A DNA stretch of 64,000 nucleotides from the NCBI RefSeq assembly GCF_009914755.1, contig NC_060925.1; one strand, 5' to 3'. The stretch comes from the human T2T-CHM13v2.0 reference genome, Homo sapiens. The notes beneath the pieces were generated by a model, which searched no databases, had not been told where the DNA came from, and worked only from the letters and a program-made list of their open reading frames with translations. A program made the position numbers and the translations under genes. How positions within the stretch are numbered: position 1 is the stretch's first letter; the number at the start of each line of letters is the position of its first letter. Positions 1 through 15,319 of this stretch are shown one piece after another.

Positions 1-1639
1 AAAAATAGTGAGACAACAGCATTGCATTCTTCATTTTGAAAGAGGTTTGAATGTTTTTATTTGTGGAAGGTAGATGTCATGAAGAGTTGCATAATTAAAC
101 TAGTACAGAGGAAAAACTGGCAGAGAAGTGAGTTGCAGGGCTAGGTTTACATACAGGATGACAAACCTGTCTCTAAAGATCCCGGGAACTGTTGTCACAT
201 GGTGACAGCTTATGATGGTGGCTGAGGACACTGCTCTTTACCTTTGTGTCTCTTGTCTCGTCTCTGAATCTCAATACCTGTAATTAAGAAGGAGCCCATA
301 GGAGTTTTATCCATCTTATTTTCAGATATTTAAGCAGAATAAATATATTTTCACAATCCTTTGAAACTCTCTTCCTTCTTAAACCTTAATGAGATTCCAA
401 GGTAGCAACAAAGGCCTTTCTGATATTACCTGTACAATCAAAAACTGAGCTTGAACTTCCTATAATTTCTTCTTTTTGGTCAAAGGAGTCACCCTCCAAC
501 TGACATATTTATAACATGTCCCTGTGATAACGAGAAACTACTCACTTATCTCTGAGTCTCATGACAGAAAGAGTATCAGAAAAAAAGATACTACAATCCT
601 TCAAACACACAGCAGTGTGAGACAAAAATTACACTCTAATCTGCAGTTGAACAGGTTCTGTCTTCCATTAAACCTGTATCCCCATTTTATTATATAGTTG
701 AGCCAGTTATATATGACTCACTGGGAAAGTGCATTTTATGATCTTGTTAGAAGAAATGGTTTCTCTGGGATCCTTTTAAGCCAATAATTTTATACCTAGC
801 TCCTCCTAAATATCTAGGACATTAACTTATTAGCCATTCCGGTGTCAAGCCTAATGCTTTTTAAATACTTAAAACAAATACCAGGAAACTGTGGGGGTTG
901 GAGAATAGATTTTCCATAGGCATTTAGTGCTTTCAGAGATCAGGGGGATCGATCTCAGGGGATTTAGTAGGAAAAGACTTGATTCTCTGCTTCCTCTGCA
1001 CACAGAGCTTTCATTTTATGCAACAGGAGGGACAGCATGCATGTGGGATAAAGCCAGGCTGATTATTTCAAAACCAGGCTCACATCTATTTGACTGACAA
1101 GGTCCTGGCCCCCGGCCAGGGTTACAGCACCGGAACATGGTCTCTTCTCTGCGGCTCTGCTGGCTGGGCCTGTGTGGAGGCGGGTGGATGGGGGGATGTC
1201 CAGGCTGCAGCTGACAGGGCACTTGGAGATCTCAGAAGGCAGTGGAGGCTTGGGGACTGAAGGGGACCCGGCTTTGATGGGGTGGGGAAGCACAGCAGCT
1301 TGGTAGGAAATGACCTGAAAGAGGGATTCCTAAACATGCATGTATGTTTGCGTGTGTGCATGAAAGCAGCTGTAGATCACAACTAATCTTTTTTTTTTTT
1401 AATTGCAAATCCCACTCAATTCTTCAAGCTTTCTTGGCAGCATCTGATCCAGTTGATGGCTTTGGAAACACTTCATTCTTCATTGGCTTCTATAGACATC
1501 TCCTCCCGGGGGTTCTTGGCTTCCCTGACCACTCCATCTCTGTTCTCTTTACTGGTCCTTCCTTCTCATCCGTCATTTTAAGGTTTTGTTCTTTTGGTTC
1601 TGTCCCCAGCTGGGTTTTCTTTTCCCTCCACATGCCTGA

Positions 1640-2258
1640 TGTGGTAGGCAGAATAATGACCCTCCCAAGGATGTCCATGCCCTTATCCCCAGAACCCGGT
1701 GAAGATGGATGTTACAAGGCTAAAGGGATTTTGCAGAAGTGAGGAAGGTTATGGATCCCAAGGTGGGGAGAGCATCCTGGTTTATCCAGATGGGCCCAAT
1801 CTAATCACATGAGCCCGTACAAGTGGAAGACTTTCTCAGGCTGGGCACAGGAGGAGCCATGAGGCAGAGGGAGTGACAGTGAGGTTTGAAGTGTGAGAAG
1901 TGCTGGATGACATGCCACTGCAGGCTTTGGAGGTGAAGGGGGGCCCATGAGGCAGGGCAAGTGGGCAGCCTCTGAAGCTGACAGCACACAAGAAGAGGAG
2001 GACCTCAGCCTAGGGCCACAGGAAACTGGATTCTGCCAACAACCTGACCAAGTTCAGAAATGTCTTGAATCCCAGAGCCTCCAGAAGAGAACATAGCCCT
2101 GCGTTCACCATGGTTTCAACCTGTGAGACTGAGCAGAGAGCCAGCCGAGTCCTTCTGTGTTGGACCTCTGACCTACAGAACCATGAAACCAATCATTCGT
2201 GTTGTTTTAATCTGCTAAATGTGTGGCAATGCAGTACCACAGCGATAAAACCAATCCA
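1640..2258 (+). mobile_element. MLT1 (ERVL-MaLR) solo LTR, MLT1D/E-like
   Basis: Starts TGTGGTAGGCAGAATAATG..., contains GGGCCCAATCTAATCACATGAG and ends with an MLT1-type TGTTGTTTTAATCTGCTAAATGTGTGG...CA. Confidence 0.8.
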
Positions 2259-3187
2259 CCCACCACCAATGGTCTTATGATTCTAATAGCTTCAATTAAT
2301 CCTATAAACTGACAGCCGGTCCCTATTCCCCATTCTGCTGAATCCCAAAGCCTCACGACTTTCTTCTGTTAGGCAACTCTGCTTGGCTGTGTTAAAAACA
2401 CATCTAACCCTACATGTTAGAAACTCTGCCAGCTGACAAAACCAGAAACCTTGAGTCAGTCTGGATTCTTTCCTCTCTGTTTTATTCATTGTGTAATCTC
2501 AACTCCATCAGGTCTTGGTTGAAATGTCAGCATCTCAAATGGGTCGCCTCCGACCACCCAATTTAAGATGACAGCCCCCCTCCTACACGTAATCGTCCTT
2601 TATGCTTATCAGCATCAGTGTATTGTATGTTTACTTACCACTTTGCTTATTATTAGCTGTCTTCCCTCTTGGAATGTCAGCACATATGTGTTTTATTGTA
2701 TTAATTCTATTTAATAAGTAGTAATAGAGTGGTTTCCAAGTGTCAGGAACTGCTCTAAGCATTTTTACAAATATCCACTTATTTAATGCTGTTTTTTCAC
2801 CGTCATAGCTCTAGCTGTTAGAATAGTGCCTGGCATGTAGTAGTTGCTCAATAAGTAGTTGTTGAGCGAATAAATGAATAAATGAATGACTCCAGCCTAA
2901 CACGAAGTCCTGTCAATTCTATTTCCTAAATACCTTTCCTAACAACCCACCTTTCTCCATCTGTAATGAACTAAGAAAGTGGCCGTATCATTCTCCTTTG
3001 TAGGGCCCTTGAATGGCTTCCCTTTGTTTGTGGGAGAAAATCCACACTCCTGCAGGGATTCACACACGTTTCTTGTCATGCCCTCAGTTTTCTGCCTCCA
3101 TCTTTATTTCTCAAAACTCCCCTCTCATCCTCTCTTGCCTTCCTTACATGCTAATCTTCAATCAGCCCGGACATTCAGTTTCCCTAA

Positions 3188-3655
<468 letters not shown>

Positions 3656-4808
3656 TGAGAAAGTGCCTTTCCTGGTGCTCACTGCTATTCTATCTTGTCC
3701 TCTGTCCTTCCCCTCTCTCTGTGTGTGGTAAAGACTGCTTTCCCTGTGCAATTCTCTCACCAGTTTGCACGGTTCTTGAGGCCATGAGCTGGAGAGTACG
3801 ATCCACTTGGGCATCAAGTGCACCAGCTGGCACCTAGCAGGGACTCAGCACATACCTGCCGAGTGAGTGAATTGGTTTCCCATGGCTTGGTGAGCCCCGG
3901 CCAGGCACTCTCCCGAGCCAAGGGGGACACTTGTTCTGCCAGTGTTGATTTGCAGGCGCAATTATATGTGTAAATGCATTTTCACTGTTCTGCCTTAGGA
4001 CCCAATTTTTGAAAATTAGATTTTAAATGTCGTATTCTCCTCACTTACATCTTATGCTTCCCGACATTCAGCACATAATTTAAAATGAAAGGCATAGAAA
4101 ATTGGACTCATTTAGTTTACTCCACTTGAAATCCATGTGAGTCTATTTTTAAATTCTCCTAGACCCTGTGCTCTTTTAGGGTGTATTTGAGAGGAAGGAA
4201 GGGGGTGGGGGAGAAAGGAAAGAAGACACTCATTGTAAGCTGTTAGAGATGCTGCGTGTTATTGCACTTTGTTTTAATACATGCAGTTTTCACATTAGCA
4301 TTACCCCAAATACAATTTCTAAAGCCAAAGACTGAAATTGAGACTCTGCCTTCAACATTTGCTGCTCCATGACGTTCTTGATTGCAATGAGAGGCTGGCT
4401 GTGGCCAGCTTGCGGGTGCATCACAGCAGGGAGCTTTAACATTCTTTCCTCTGCTTTCCAGCTGACATGTTCCTCCGGCTCTGCCACACCCATCAGATGG
4501 CAGGTGGGGAGCAGATTAAGACATGGGCATTCGCAGGGTGCACAGAACGCTGGCTTACAAACACCTCCTCTCATAGGCATGCAGGTGAACAGATGGGTGG
4601 GTGGGAGGTTCCCCTTCACCCACAGTCCTGAATCTGAGTTCTTGGGTTAGGATTTGGTATGGCAGCCTTCACATTGCACAGATATCCCTACATTGGGCTG
4701 CTCTGCATGCCTGCAATGAGAGTTTTTGGGCTTCTTGCAGGCAGGAGGTGCTGAGTATTCACACCAAAGCTTGGACATATAAGACACCAGTGACCCCTAT
4801 TCTGCTAA

Positions 4809-5304
<496 letters not shown>

Positions 5305-5915
5305 TGAAACTCGAATTCTAATGGGAAAGACAAAAATAAAAAACAAAAAATATATAATTGTTAAAAGGACTGCAGAGGCACCAGTAAAGGATCAGAGAGC
5401 AAATTATCAGGGTGGCAGCCAGCCAAGAACTGTAGGGGAAAGTGCCCTCAAAGGCGGGAACATTTAAGACAAGGCTTAAAGGATAAGCAAGCTGCCCCCA
5501 CAGGGAGGGAGCAGAGCGTGCCAGACAGAGGATGGGGAAAGAGCTCCTGCAGTGGAGATGAGAAAACCAGACGTGTGATCTGGGGGCCGGGGGACGAGGT
5601 AACCAGGGGATGAGGGAAAGAGGGAAAAAACAAGCAAGGCTGACCATGCCCCACCTGAAGGTTTTGGGAAGGATTTGGATTTTATTCAAGATCCAGGGAA
5701 AGCCAGTGCAGGTATCAAGCAGGTTTTTCTGGGATCTACTTCCAGGAAGAAGGACAAGTATAAAAAGGTGCAGGGGAGGTGTAGGCTCCTCCCCTAAGAG
5801 GGAACCTGCTGGGTGGCCCTGTAGAAGACAGCAGTCATAGTTTCCATCAGAGCTGTGCATTCAACCTTCTCTATTTCCCAGCTGTGCTGCATGGAAACAG
5901 AAAATGGCATGGCCA

Positions 5916-6236
<321 letters not shown>

Positions 6237-6709
6237 GAAAACGCCATGGCCAGAGGCGCCACATTTTAGCTTCAGGAAACTGTGTTGAATACTCTGAGTT
6301 GTACCAGCAGGGACACTCCCAGCCGCCCATAGGTCCTTGTGCTGAGCACCGGGCATTGCCTCCTTCCTGCTTCTACCAGGAAAATTGCTGTCTGGGAGCC
6401 TTATAACACAGACTGCTGGGGTTTGTGGGAGATCAAGGATTATGTTCCCTGTGGACTAGTTTGAAAAGGTTGAAATTCAGCCCCTTCATAATGTCATGCT
6501 CGTAGCTAAGAAGGCTTGCCTTTTTCTCTTCCTTTGTCCATTTTAGAATTAACTGTGGATATCGGTAAAAGCAGCCTCACCACTAATACATGTGGGGCTG
6601 GGGCCGTGATACAGCCCAAGGCCCCTATACTATATATCTGCATATTTTCAGAGATAAATCAGTCTAGTAAATGGCTAAATATAGCATGTTCTATTGTCCT
6701 ACCTTGATG

Positions 6710-7232
6710 CTTTAAAATGTATTATTCAGGCATGATGAGGCCAACAGATCAGGAGACAGCTGCCATTGAAAAGAGTTTGTTACTCACAGTTCCCAAGGGC
6801 TGGGACATGCCATGCTATGCCAGGCCACATGGCGATGCACCAGCATTGGTGAGGAGGTAGAGAGAGTGAGGGGGAAGATGTGGGCAAGAGTATTGCGGTT
6901 TCTGTGAGAAGGAATGGGAAAGGCAAGACAACCAGGCTTGGGATTAGCTAGTTTGAATAACTTCCGTGGACTCTGGAGTATAGGGGGTGTCCCTAGTTAT
7001 CTGATGCCAGGGGCAAAGGATAGTAGCCCAGCATGTGAGACCCTAGTACAGGAGGTGGTTGGGGGTGTGGGTTCTGGATTTCTTGGTTATCCTAGCAAGG
7101 GTGTGCTCACAGGTTAGTTGTTTACTCTTTCTAGGAATGACCCTGGGAGGAGCAGTCCCTCTAGAGTCAGCAAGGCCCCAAGATGTCAAAGCATCATAAA
7201 ATACTGAAAATGAAAAAGAACATGATTGTTGA
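6710..7232 (-). mobile_element. MER74A-like ERVL solo LTR
   Basis: Reverse complement matches recalled MER74 (GATGCTTTGACATCTTGGGGCCTTGCTGAC...; GGGAACTGTGAGTAACAAAC...CTCCTGATCTGTTGGCC). Confidence 0.8.
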
Positions 7233-7258
7233 CGAAGAACATGACTTGACAATATGAC

Positions 7259-7564
<306 letters not shown>

Positions 7565-7784
7565 TGACTTCTTAATGATTAATGATTAGGAGACCAGGTA
7601 TGAGTTTAGAATGCTTGAATTCCTTGGACTCTATATCAGAAAGCAGAGGTGCCAGAGCACTGGTCCACTGAACCCAGCCTCCAGCTCTATTTTTCTGCAC
7701 ATCTCTGTTTTCCCTCACCATGACTGTCTTGCAGATTTGTGCACAGACACTCCAGCATGTGTGTCTGAGTTTTGTCTACCTGCT

Positions 7785-8170
7785 CTGTGGTGGGGGCTTG
7801 GATGCACTGCCCAGATCCTTCTTCTGGAAGGAAGGGTCAGGTTTCTGCAGCTACTCCCAGCTGTCAGCCTTTCAGGTTTGTGGGGGCTAAAGAAAATGGC
7901 CTTGTCCAAAGTTGCATCTGGATCTGGTATCCAATCAATGCAGAGGCATAAAAGCCTTGTCCCTTGTGCTAACTCGGAAGAAGGGCTCCTTGGCTTCAGA
8001 GCTCCCTGTGGGTTGGCTGGGGCATTTGTCAGATATGCTTTGCAGCTCCGTGCAATCCTGCCTCTTCTCTGCACTTTCACAGGTGGTAAGCAGAAGAGAC
8101 TCCCTAATAAGCATCCAGGGTGTTAAACTCTACCTCAGGGTCAGCTTCCTGGGGAAGCCCACCCACCACA
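7785..8170 (+). mobile_element. LTR16A-like ERVL solo LTR
   Basis: CAGAGCTCCCTGTGGGTTGGCTG core and 3' end CCCTAATAAG...CTCAGGGTCAGCTTCCTGGGGAAGCCCACC. Confidence 0.65.
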
Positions 8171-8314
8171 GTCCCTTTCCACTCACTTTCCTTCCACATA
8201 CCCTTAACGCAGCAAGCCCCCTGCACCCTCAGGCCTAGGAAAGCACAGACTGGCCATACTGTGCACACTCAGAAGCCTAAGCTGGCAAAGAGGCTTGCTT
8301 GAGTTTAAGAAGCG

Positions 8315-11300
8315 GAAGTTACAATCCTAATCTCTGATAAAATAGACTTTAAACCAACAAAGATCAAAAGAGACAAAGAAGGGCATTACATAATGGTAAA
8401 GGGATCAATGCAGCAAGAAGAGCTAACTCTCCTAAATATATCTGCACCCAATACAGGAGCACCCAGATTCAAAAAGCAAGTTCTTAGAGACCTACAAAGC
8501 GGCTTAGACTCCCACACAATAATAGTGGGAGATTTTAACACCCCACTGTCAATATTAGAAAGATCAACGAGACAGAAAATTAACAAGGATATTCAGGACT
8601 TGAACTCAGCTCTGGACTAAGCGGACCTAATAGACATCTACAGAGCTCTCCACCCCATCACAAACTTAATCCATCACATAAATACCAAATACATTCTTCT
8701 CAGCACCTCATCACACTTATTCTAAAATTGACCACATAATTGGAAGTTAAACACTCCTCAGCAAATGCAAAAGAATGGAAATCATAACAAATAGTCTCTC
8801 AGACCACAGTGCAATCAAATTAGAACTCAAGATTAAGGAACTCACTCAAAACCTCACAACTACATGGAAACTGAACAGCCTGCTCCTGAATGACTCCTGG
8901 GTACATAATGAAATGAAGGCAGAAATAAAGATGTTCTTTGAAACCAATGAGAACAAAGACACAACAAAGCAGAATCTCTGGGACACATTTAAAACAGTGT
9001 GTAGAGGGAAATTTATAGCACTAAATGTCCACAGGAGAAAGCAGGAGAGATCTAAAATTGACACCCTAGCATCAAAATTAAAAGAACTAGAGAAGCAAGA
9101 GGAAACAAATTCAAAATCTAGCCGAAGACAAGAAATAACTAAGATGAGAGCAGAACTGAAGGAGATAGAGACAAGAAAAACCTTTCAAAAAATCAATGAA
9201 TCCAGGAGCTGGTTTTTTGAAAAGATCAACAAGACAGATAGACCACTAGCCAGACTAATAAAGAAGAATAGAGAGAAGAATCAAAGAGACGCAATAAAAA
9301 ATGATAAAGGGGATATCACCACCTATCCCACAGAAATACAAACTACCATCAGAGAATACTATAAACACCTCTATGCAAATGAACTAGAAAATCTGGAAGA
9401 AATGGATAAATTCTTGGACACGTATACCCTCCCGTCTAAACCAGGAAGGAGTGGAATCCCTGAATAAACTAATAACAAGTTATGAAATTGAGGCAGCAAT
9501 TAATAGCCTACCAACCAAAAAAAGTCCAGGACCAGATGGATTCACAGCCGAATTCTACCAGAGGTACAAAGAGGAGCTGGTACCATTCCTTCTGAAATGA
9601 TTCCAAACAAGAGAAAAAGAGGGAATCCTCCCTAACTCATTTTATGAGGCCAGCATCATCCTGATACCAAAACCTGGCAGAGACACCACAAAAAAAGAAA
9701 ATTTCAGGCCAATATTTCTGATGAACATAGATGTGAAAATCCTCAATAAAATACTGGCAAACCGAATCCAGCAGCACATCAAAAAGCTTATCCACCACAA
9801 TCAAGTCAGCTTCATCCCTGGGTTGCAAGGCTGTTTCAACATATGCAAATCAATAAACATAATCCATCACATAATCAGAACCAATGACAAAAAACACATT
9901 ATTATCTCAATAGGTGCAGAAAAGGCCTTCGACAAAATTCAACACCCCTTCATGCTAAAAACTCTCAATAAACTAGGTATCGATGGAATGTATCTCAAAA
10001 TAATAAGAGCTTTTTATGACAAACCCACAGCCAATATTATACTGAATGGGCAAAAACTGAAAGCATTCCCTTTGAAAACCAACACAAGACAAGGATGCCC
10101 TCTCTCACCACTCCTATTCAACATAGTATTGGAAGTTCTGGCCAGGGCAATCAGGCAAGAGAAAGAAATAAAATGTATTCAAGTAGGAAGAGAGGAAGTC
10201 AAATTGTCTCTGTTTGCAGATGACATGATTGTATATTAAAAAAACTCCGTAGTCTGAGCCCAAAATCTTCTTAAGCTGAAAAGCAACTTCAGCAAAGTTG
10301 CTGTTATCAATGTGCAAAAATCACAAGCATTCCCATACACCAATAACAGACAAACAGAGACCCAAATCCTGAATGAACTCCCTTTCATAATTGCTACAAA
10401 GAGAATAAAATACCTAGGAATACAACTTACAAGGGTTGTGAAGGACCTCTTCAAGGAAAACTACAAACCACTGCTCAAGGAAATAAGAGAGGACCAAACA
10501 AATGGAAAAACATTCCATGCTCATGGATAGGAAGAAGCAATATCATCAAAGTCACCATACTGCCCAAAGTAATTTATAGATTCAATGCTATCCCCATCAA
10601 GCTACCACTGACTTTCTTCACAGAATTGGAAAAAACTATTTTAAAGTTCATACAGAACCAAAGAAAGAGCCCACATAGCCAAGACAATCCTGGGCAAGAA
10701 GAATGAAGCTGGAAGCATCACGCTACTTGACTTCAAACTATACTACAAGCTTACAGTAACCAAAACAGCATGGTACTGGTACCAAAACAGATATATAGAC
10801 CAATGGAGCAGAACAGGGGCCTCAGAAATAACACCACCCATCTACAACCATCTGATCTTTGACAAACCTGACACAAACAAGCAATGGGGAAAAGATTCCC
10901 TATTTAACAAATGGTGTTGGGAAAACTAACCAGCCATATTCAGAAAACTGAAACTGGACCCCTTCCTTACACCTTGTACAGAAATCAACTCAAGATGGAT
11001 CAGAGACTTAAACGTAAGACCTAGGACCATAAAAATCCTAGAAGAAAACTTGGGCAATACCATTCAGGACATAGGCGTGGGCAAAGACTTCATGTCTAAA
11101 ACACCAAAAGCAATGGCAACAAAAGCCAAAATTGACAAATGGGATCTAATTAAACTAAAGAGCTTCTGCACAGCAAAAGAAATTATCATCAGCATGAACA
11201 GGCAACCTACAGAATGGGGGAAAATTTTTGCAATCTATCCATCTGACAAAGGGCTAATATTCAGAATCTACAAAGAACTTAAACAAATTTACCAGTAAAA

Positions 11301-12147
11301 AACAAATAGCCCCATCAAAAAGTGGGCAAAGGATATGAACAGACACTTCTCAAAAGAAGACATTTATGTAACAAACAGACGTATAAAAAAATGCTCATCA
11401 TCACTGGTCACTAGAAAAATGCAAATCAAAACCACAATGAGATACCATCTCATGCCAGTTAGAATTGCGATCATTAAAAAGTCAGGAAACAACAGATGCT
11501 GGAGAGGGAGTGGGGAAATAGGGATGCTTTTACACTGTTGGTGGGAGTGTAAATTAATTCAACCATTGTGGAAGACAGTGTAGCGATTCCTCAAGGATCT
11601 AGAACTAGAAATACCATTTGACCCAGCAATCCCATATACCCAAAGGATCATTGTACTATAATCATTCTATGATAAAGACACATGCACACTTATGTTTATT
11701 GTGGCACTATTCACAATAGCAAAGACTTGGAACCAACCCAAATGTCCATTAATAATAGACTGGATAAAGAAAATGTGGCACATATACACCATGGAATACT
11801 ATGCAGCCATAAAAAAGGATAAGTTCATGTCCTTTGCAGGGAGATGGATGAAGCTCGAAACCACCATTCTCCGCAAACTATCACAAGAACAGAAAACCAA
11901 ACACCACATGTTCTCACTCATAAGTGGGAGCTGAATAATGGGAACACATGGACATAGGGAGGGGAACATCACACACCGGGGCCTGTCGGGTGGTGGGGGG
12001 CTCGGGAAGGGATAGCTTTTGGAGAAATATCTGATGTAGGTGACCGGTTGTTGGGTGCAGCAAAACACCGTGGCACGTGTATATCTATGTAACAAAACTG
12101 CATGTTCTGCACATGTACCCTAGAACTTAAAGTATAATTAAAAAAAA
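8315..12147 (+). mobile_element. 5'-truncated L1PA (L1PA6-8-like), ~3.8 kb, inactive ORF2 plus 3'UTR
   Basis: ORF2 pieces in the ORF track: endonuclease GDFNTPLS and SDH, RT QGCPLSP and FADD, C-terminal HCWWEC. Multiple stops and frameshifts, poly(A) tail, and TSD AAGAAGCG (8307-8314) / AAGAAGTG (12148-12155) at a TTT|AAG site. Confidence 0.95.
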
Positions 12148-12358
12148 AAGAAGTGCTCCCAGGGACATTTGGGCAGGAAATTCCCGTGTTCTGGGTACCA
12201 AGAACACAAACCAGAATTGAAGGGGCAAATCTTTTGGCCATGTGACTGCCTCACCATGCAGAGGGGCATTCTGGAGGAATCTGGAAGTGAGGGTTCTCTA
12301 TCATGATGCCCAGGGCAGGGGCCCCTCTTGGGCAGGTCCAAGGGCTATTCTAGATTGA

Positions 12359-12701
<343 letters not shown>

Positions 12702-13735
12702 TTCCTGTGTTAATTTTTTACACATACTTGTTCATCACCCATGTATCTATCACCTGCATATTAAAGGAGAGGAGACCTCTGTGTGTGTCTTACTAGCCGG
12801 GGCACGTTGTCTTAGCATCTTTGGCCTCTAATGAGACTATGTTTATAAGCAAAAGGTGCCCAGTCAGGCATAGTGAGGCCACTTGGGGGTGAGGGCCGGT
12901 GCCTGGATGTGGACAGCATGTGTGTGTTTTGAGGTGGGAGTAAGGCCTGGAGTGATGAATGGAACTTTATAGCCAACAAAAGGCTTTCCTCAAATGGGAA
13001 GTTGTTCTGACCTCACTTTGTGCCTCTGCTTGGCCAATTTGGCCTTTTTCCTGCCAAATCCATTTGGCATAAGGAGCAGGCAGTATTTGGGCTGGCTGCT
13101 TGGGAACTTTGTAAGACAGTTGAGGAGGGCACCTCCAGCCTGGAAAACACTGCGTAGTCCGGATCTGGCTGCCTTACGGGGGCGCCATCCTTGGCCACTG
13201 AGCACAAACTACGTCTTCCTGCTAGTGTCCCAGCAGCTCTCCCAACAGCAACAGCTCAGACCACCCATCAGACCCACAAGCTCGTGTGTCTTTTAACAGT
13301 TGCATATGAAAAGCCTCTGCTTTAGAGGGAAAAGTAAATTCTTTCCTTTTGCGAAATTCCCTCAGTGAAATTCATAAATTATGTTTCATCACAACTGGGC
13401 AACAATATTGTGTATTTGTAAAAACAGAGCCTTTGGCATAAAACCCAAGTGGGTCTGAATTTTTTATTTACTCCTTGAAATAACTTCTCCCAGCCCCAGT
13501 CTCCTTATCCTCAAAAGGGATTTAGAGAGTTATTGTGAGAATTAAACAAAATAATGATGCACATGGAGCATCCTGCCAGCACTCAGTGTGAGCTCACTTT
13601 TCCTAGCTTAAGAAGATCAAGTGTGGATTGGGGCTTGTTTTAAACACAAGTTGTTTAAGAAGATAGTATTCCACTTTTAAAACAAAGTCCCAAATTTTCT
13701 TCCTTCTTCTGTCTATAAAAAAGAATGAAAAAAAA

Positions 13736-13738
<3 letters not shown>

Positions 13739-13784
<46 letters not shown>
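13739..13784. repeat. (TG)23 microsatellite
   Basis: Perfect 46-nt TG run. Confidence 0.98.
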
Positions 13785-13785
<1 letters not shown>

Positions 13786-15319
13786 TGCCCATATTTCAGG
13801 GAAATAACAGGAGAAAGAATCAAAGAATGAGACTGCATATTCTCAGTTGCATACTACTAGGTAAGACAGTAAATAGGCATTCTAAGCAATTTAAAAAATA
13901 CTGTAAATTAATCTCCAGGTCACAACTCTTTCAGTTATATGCGCCAGAAAGCAAGAAAGCAAACCCAAATATGCCTGCTGCTGTCAGCAGGGATTGCTGA
14001 GAAAAGTTAGCCTGTCTTTCCATTTAGAAAAAGCATTTGACAAAGGCACGTGAGTGGGAGGCTGTGAAGTGAACCTGCTTGGAACTGATAGTGTTAGCTT
14101 TTTACTGACCTGCTTTCCATACCGCAAGCATTTGGTTTTTCTTTTGTCATTGACTTGTGCGGATTTATTAGACTGTGTGCTTCAAGGGTGTCAGGAGATT
14201 GCATGTAGGAGCAGGTCTGAACTGGGAAAGTGAGAATTACCATATTAGATGATACCCAATTAACTAGTGACAGGCACAGCAGGTAAAATCGGTACCTGGG
14301 CTTTATCTACTATAAGCACTCGCCACATAGCAAACATTTTTAAACCTGGTGGAGCTTCCTTACTCATTTCTCCTTTCCTTCATCCTGCCCACTCTCCCTT
14401 CCTGTCTAAGCAAGGAGCTGTGTCTACCTATGTAAGTATCAAGACAGACAGGTCTTTGAGATGTGCTCCAGGGTTCAAGGGCAATGGGGCAGAACTCTCT
14501 GAGGGTGGTGACTCACTGGGAAGCAACAGCCACACACCACCCCACAGGACAAAACAGTGGAAGTGGAGGCATCAACATAGTTCAGAATAATTGATTTTAC
14601 TTTTTTCATGGACAACTGAGTCACAGGATGATGTCCCAGTTCTGAAAACACTTTCTCACTCTCTGTTCTTTGGGTACCTTTGCCAGCATGAAGTTACTTA
14701 CTATAACTCAGCATTCTCACTCGCGTTACTCAAAGGTGAAAAGCTGGAAGAATGAGTTAATCTTACTTCCACATTCAAATGTGGCTATTAGGGCAGTGAT
14801 GGAAGCTCAGAGCCTGTGCTTTTGGACAGGCTGATTTCCTGTAGCTACTCTGTCTTCCTTTGGTGTGGGATCATGTAGTCCATCTAGTGATCATAATGTA
14901 AGCTTGGAGGGAAATGATTTGGAAATAATTGGGAAGGTAAAATGATATGACATGAAATGCCTGCTATTCTAAAACACAAATCTTATTTTATGTGCAACTG
15001 CTGTTTTGGATTATCCATGCCTCCTCCTGCATCAGCTAGCATGGAAAATCCTTTAAGATCTCTAACTCAGTCACTTCCTCAGGGAGTCATGTTTAAACCC
15101 CCTCAAGCTGGGCCAAATCTCCCTCCATGACGCTCTGAGAATGACTGCTGCTTTTATCATTGAATCTAACTTGTTGCTTTTATTAGTCATCTATTGATGT
15201 GACTCTTTCTGTTACCAAGCCTGATTTTCTTAAGCCCACGGGCAGCGTGATATTCACCTCTGTGGCCCCAGTGCCTAACATGGAATCTGGCATGTGTTAG
15301 GCATTTAAGGAACATTAGA

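Noticed and set aside
7611-8126. 171-aa and overlapping ORFs
   Set aside because: Mostly LTR16A-like sequence with no recognisable domain.
8393-11934. Long ORFs with endonuclease and reverse-transcriptase motifs
   Set aside because: Broken ORF2 of a 5'-truncated L1 with stops and frameshifts; no ORF1 or promoter.
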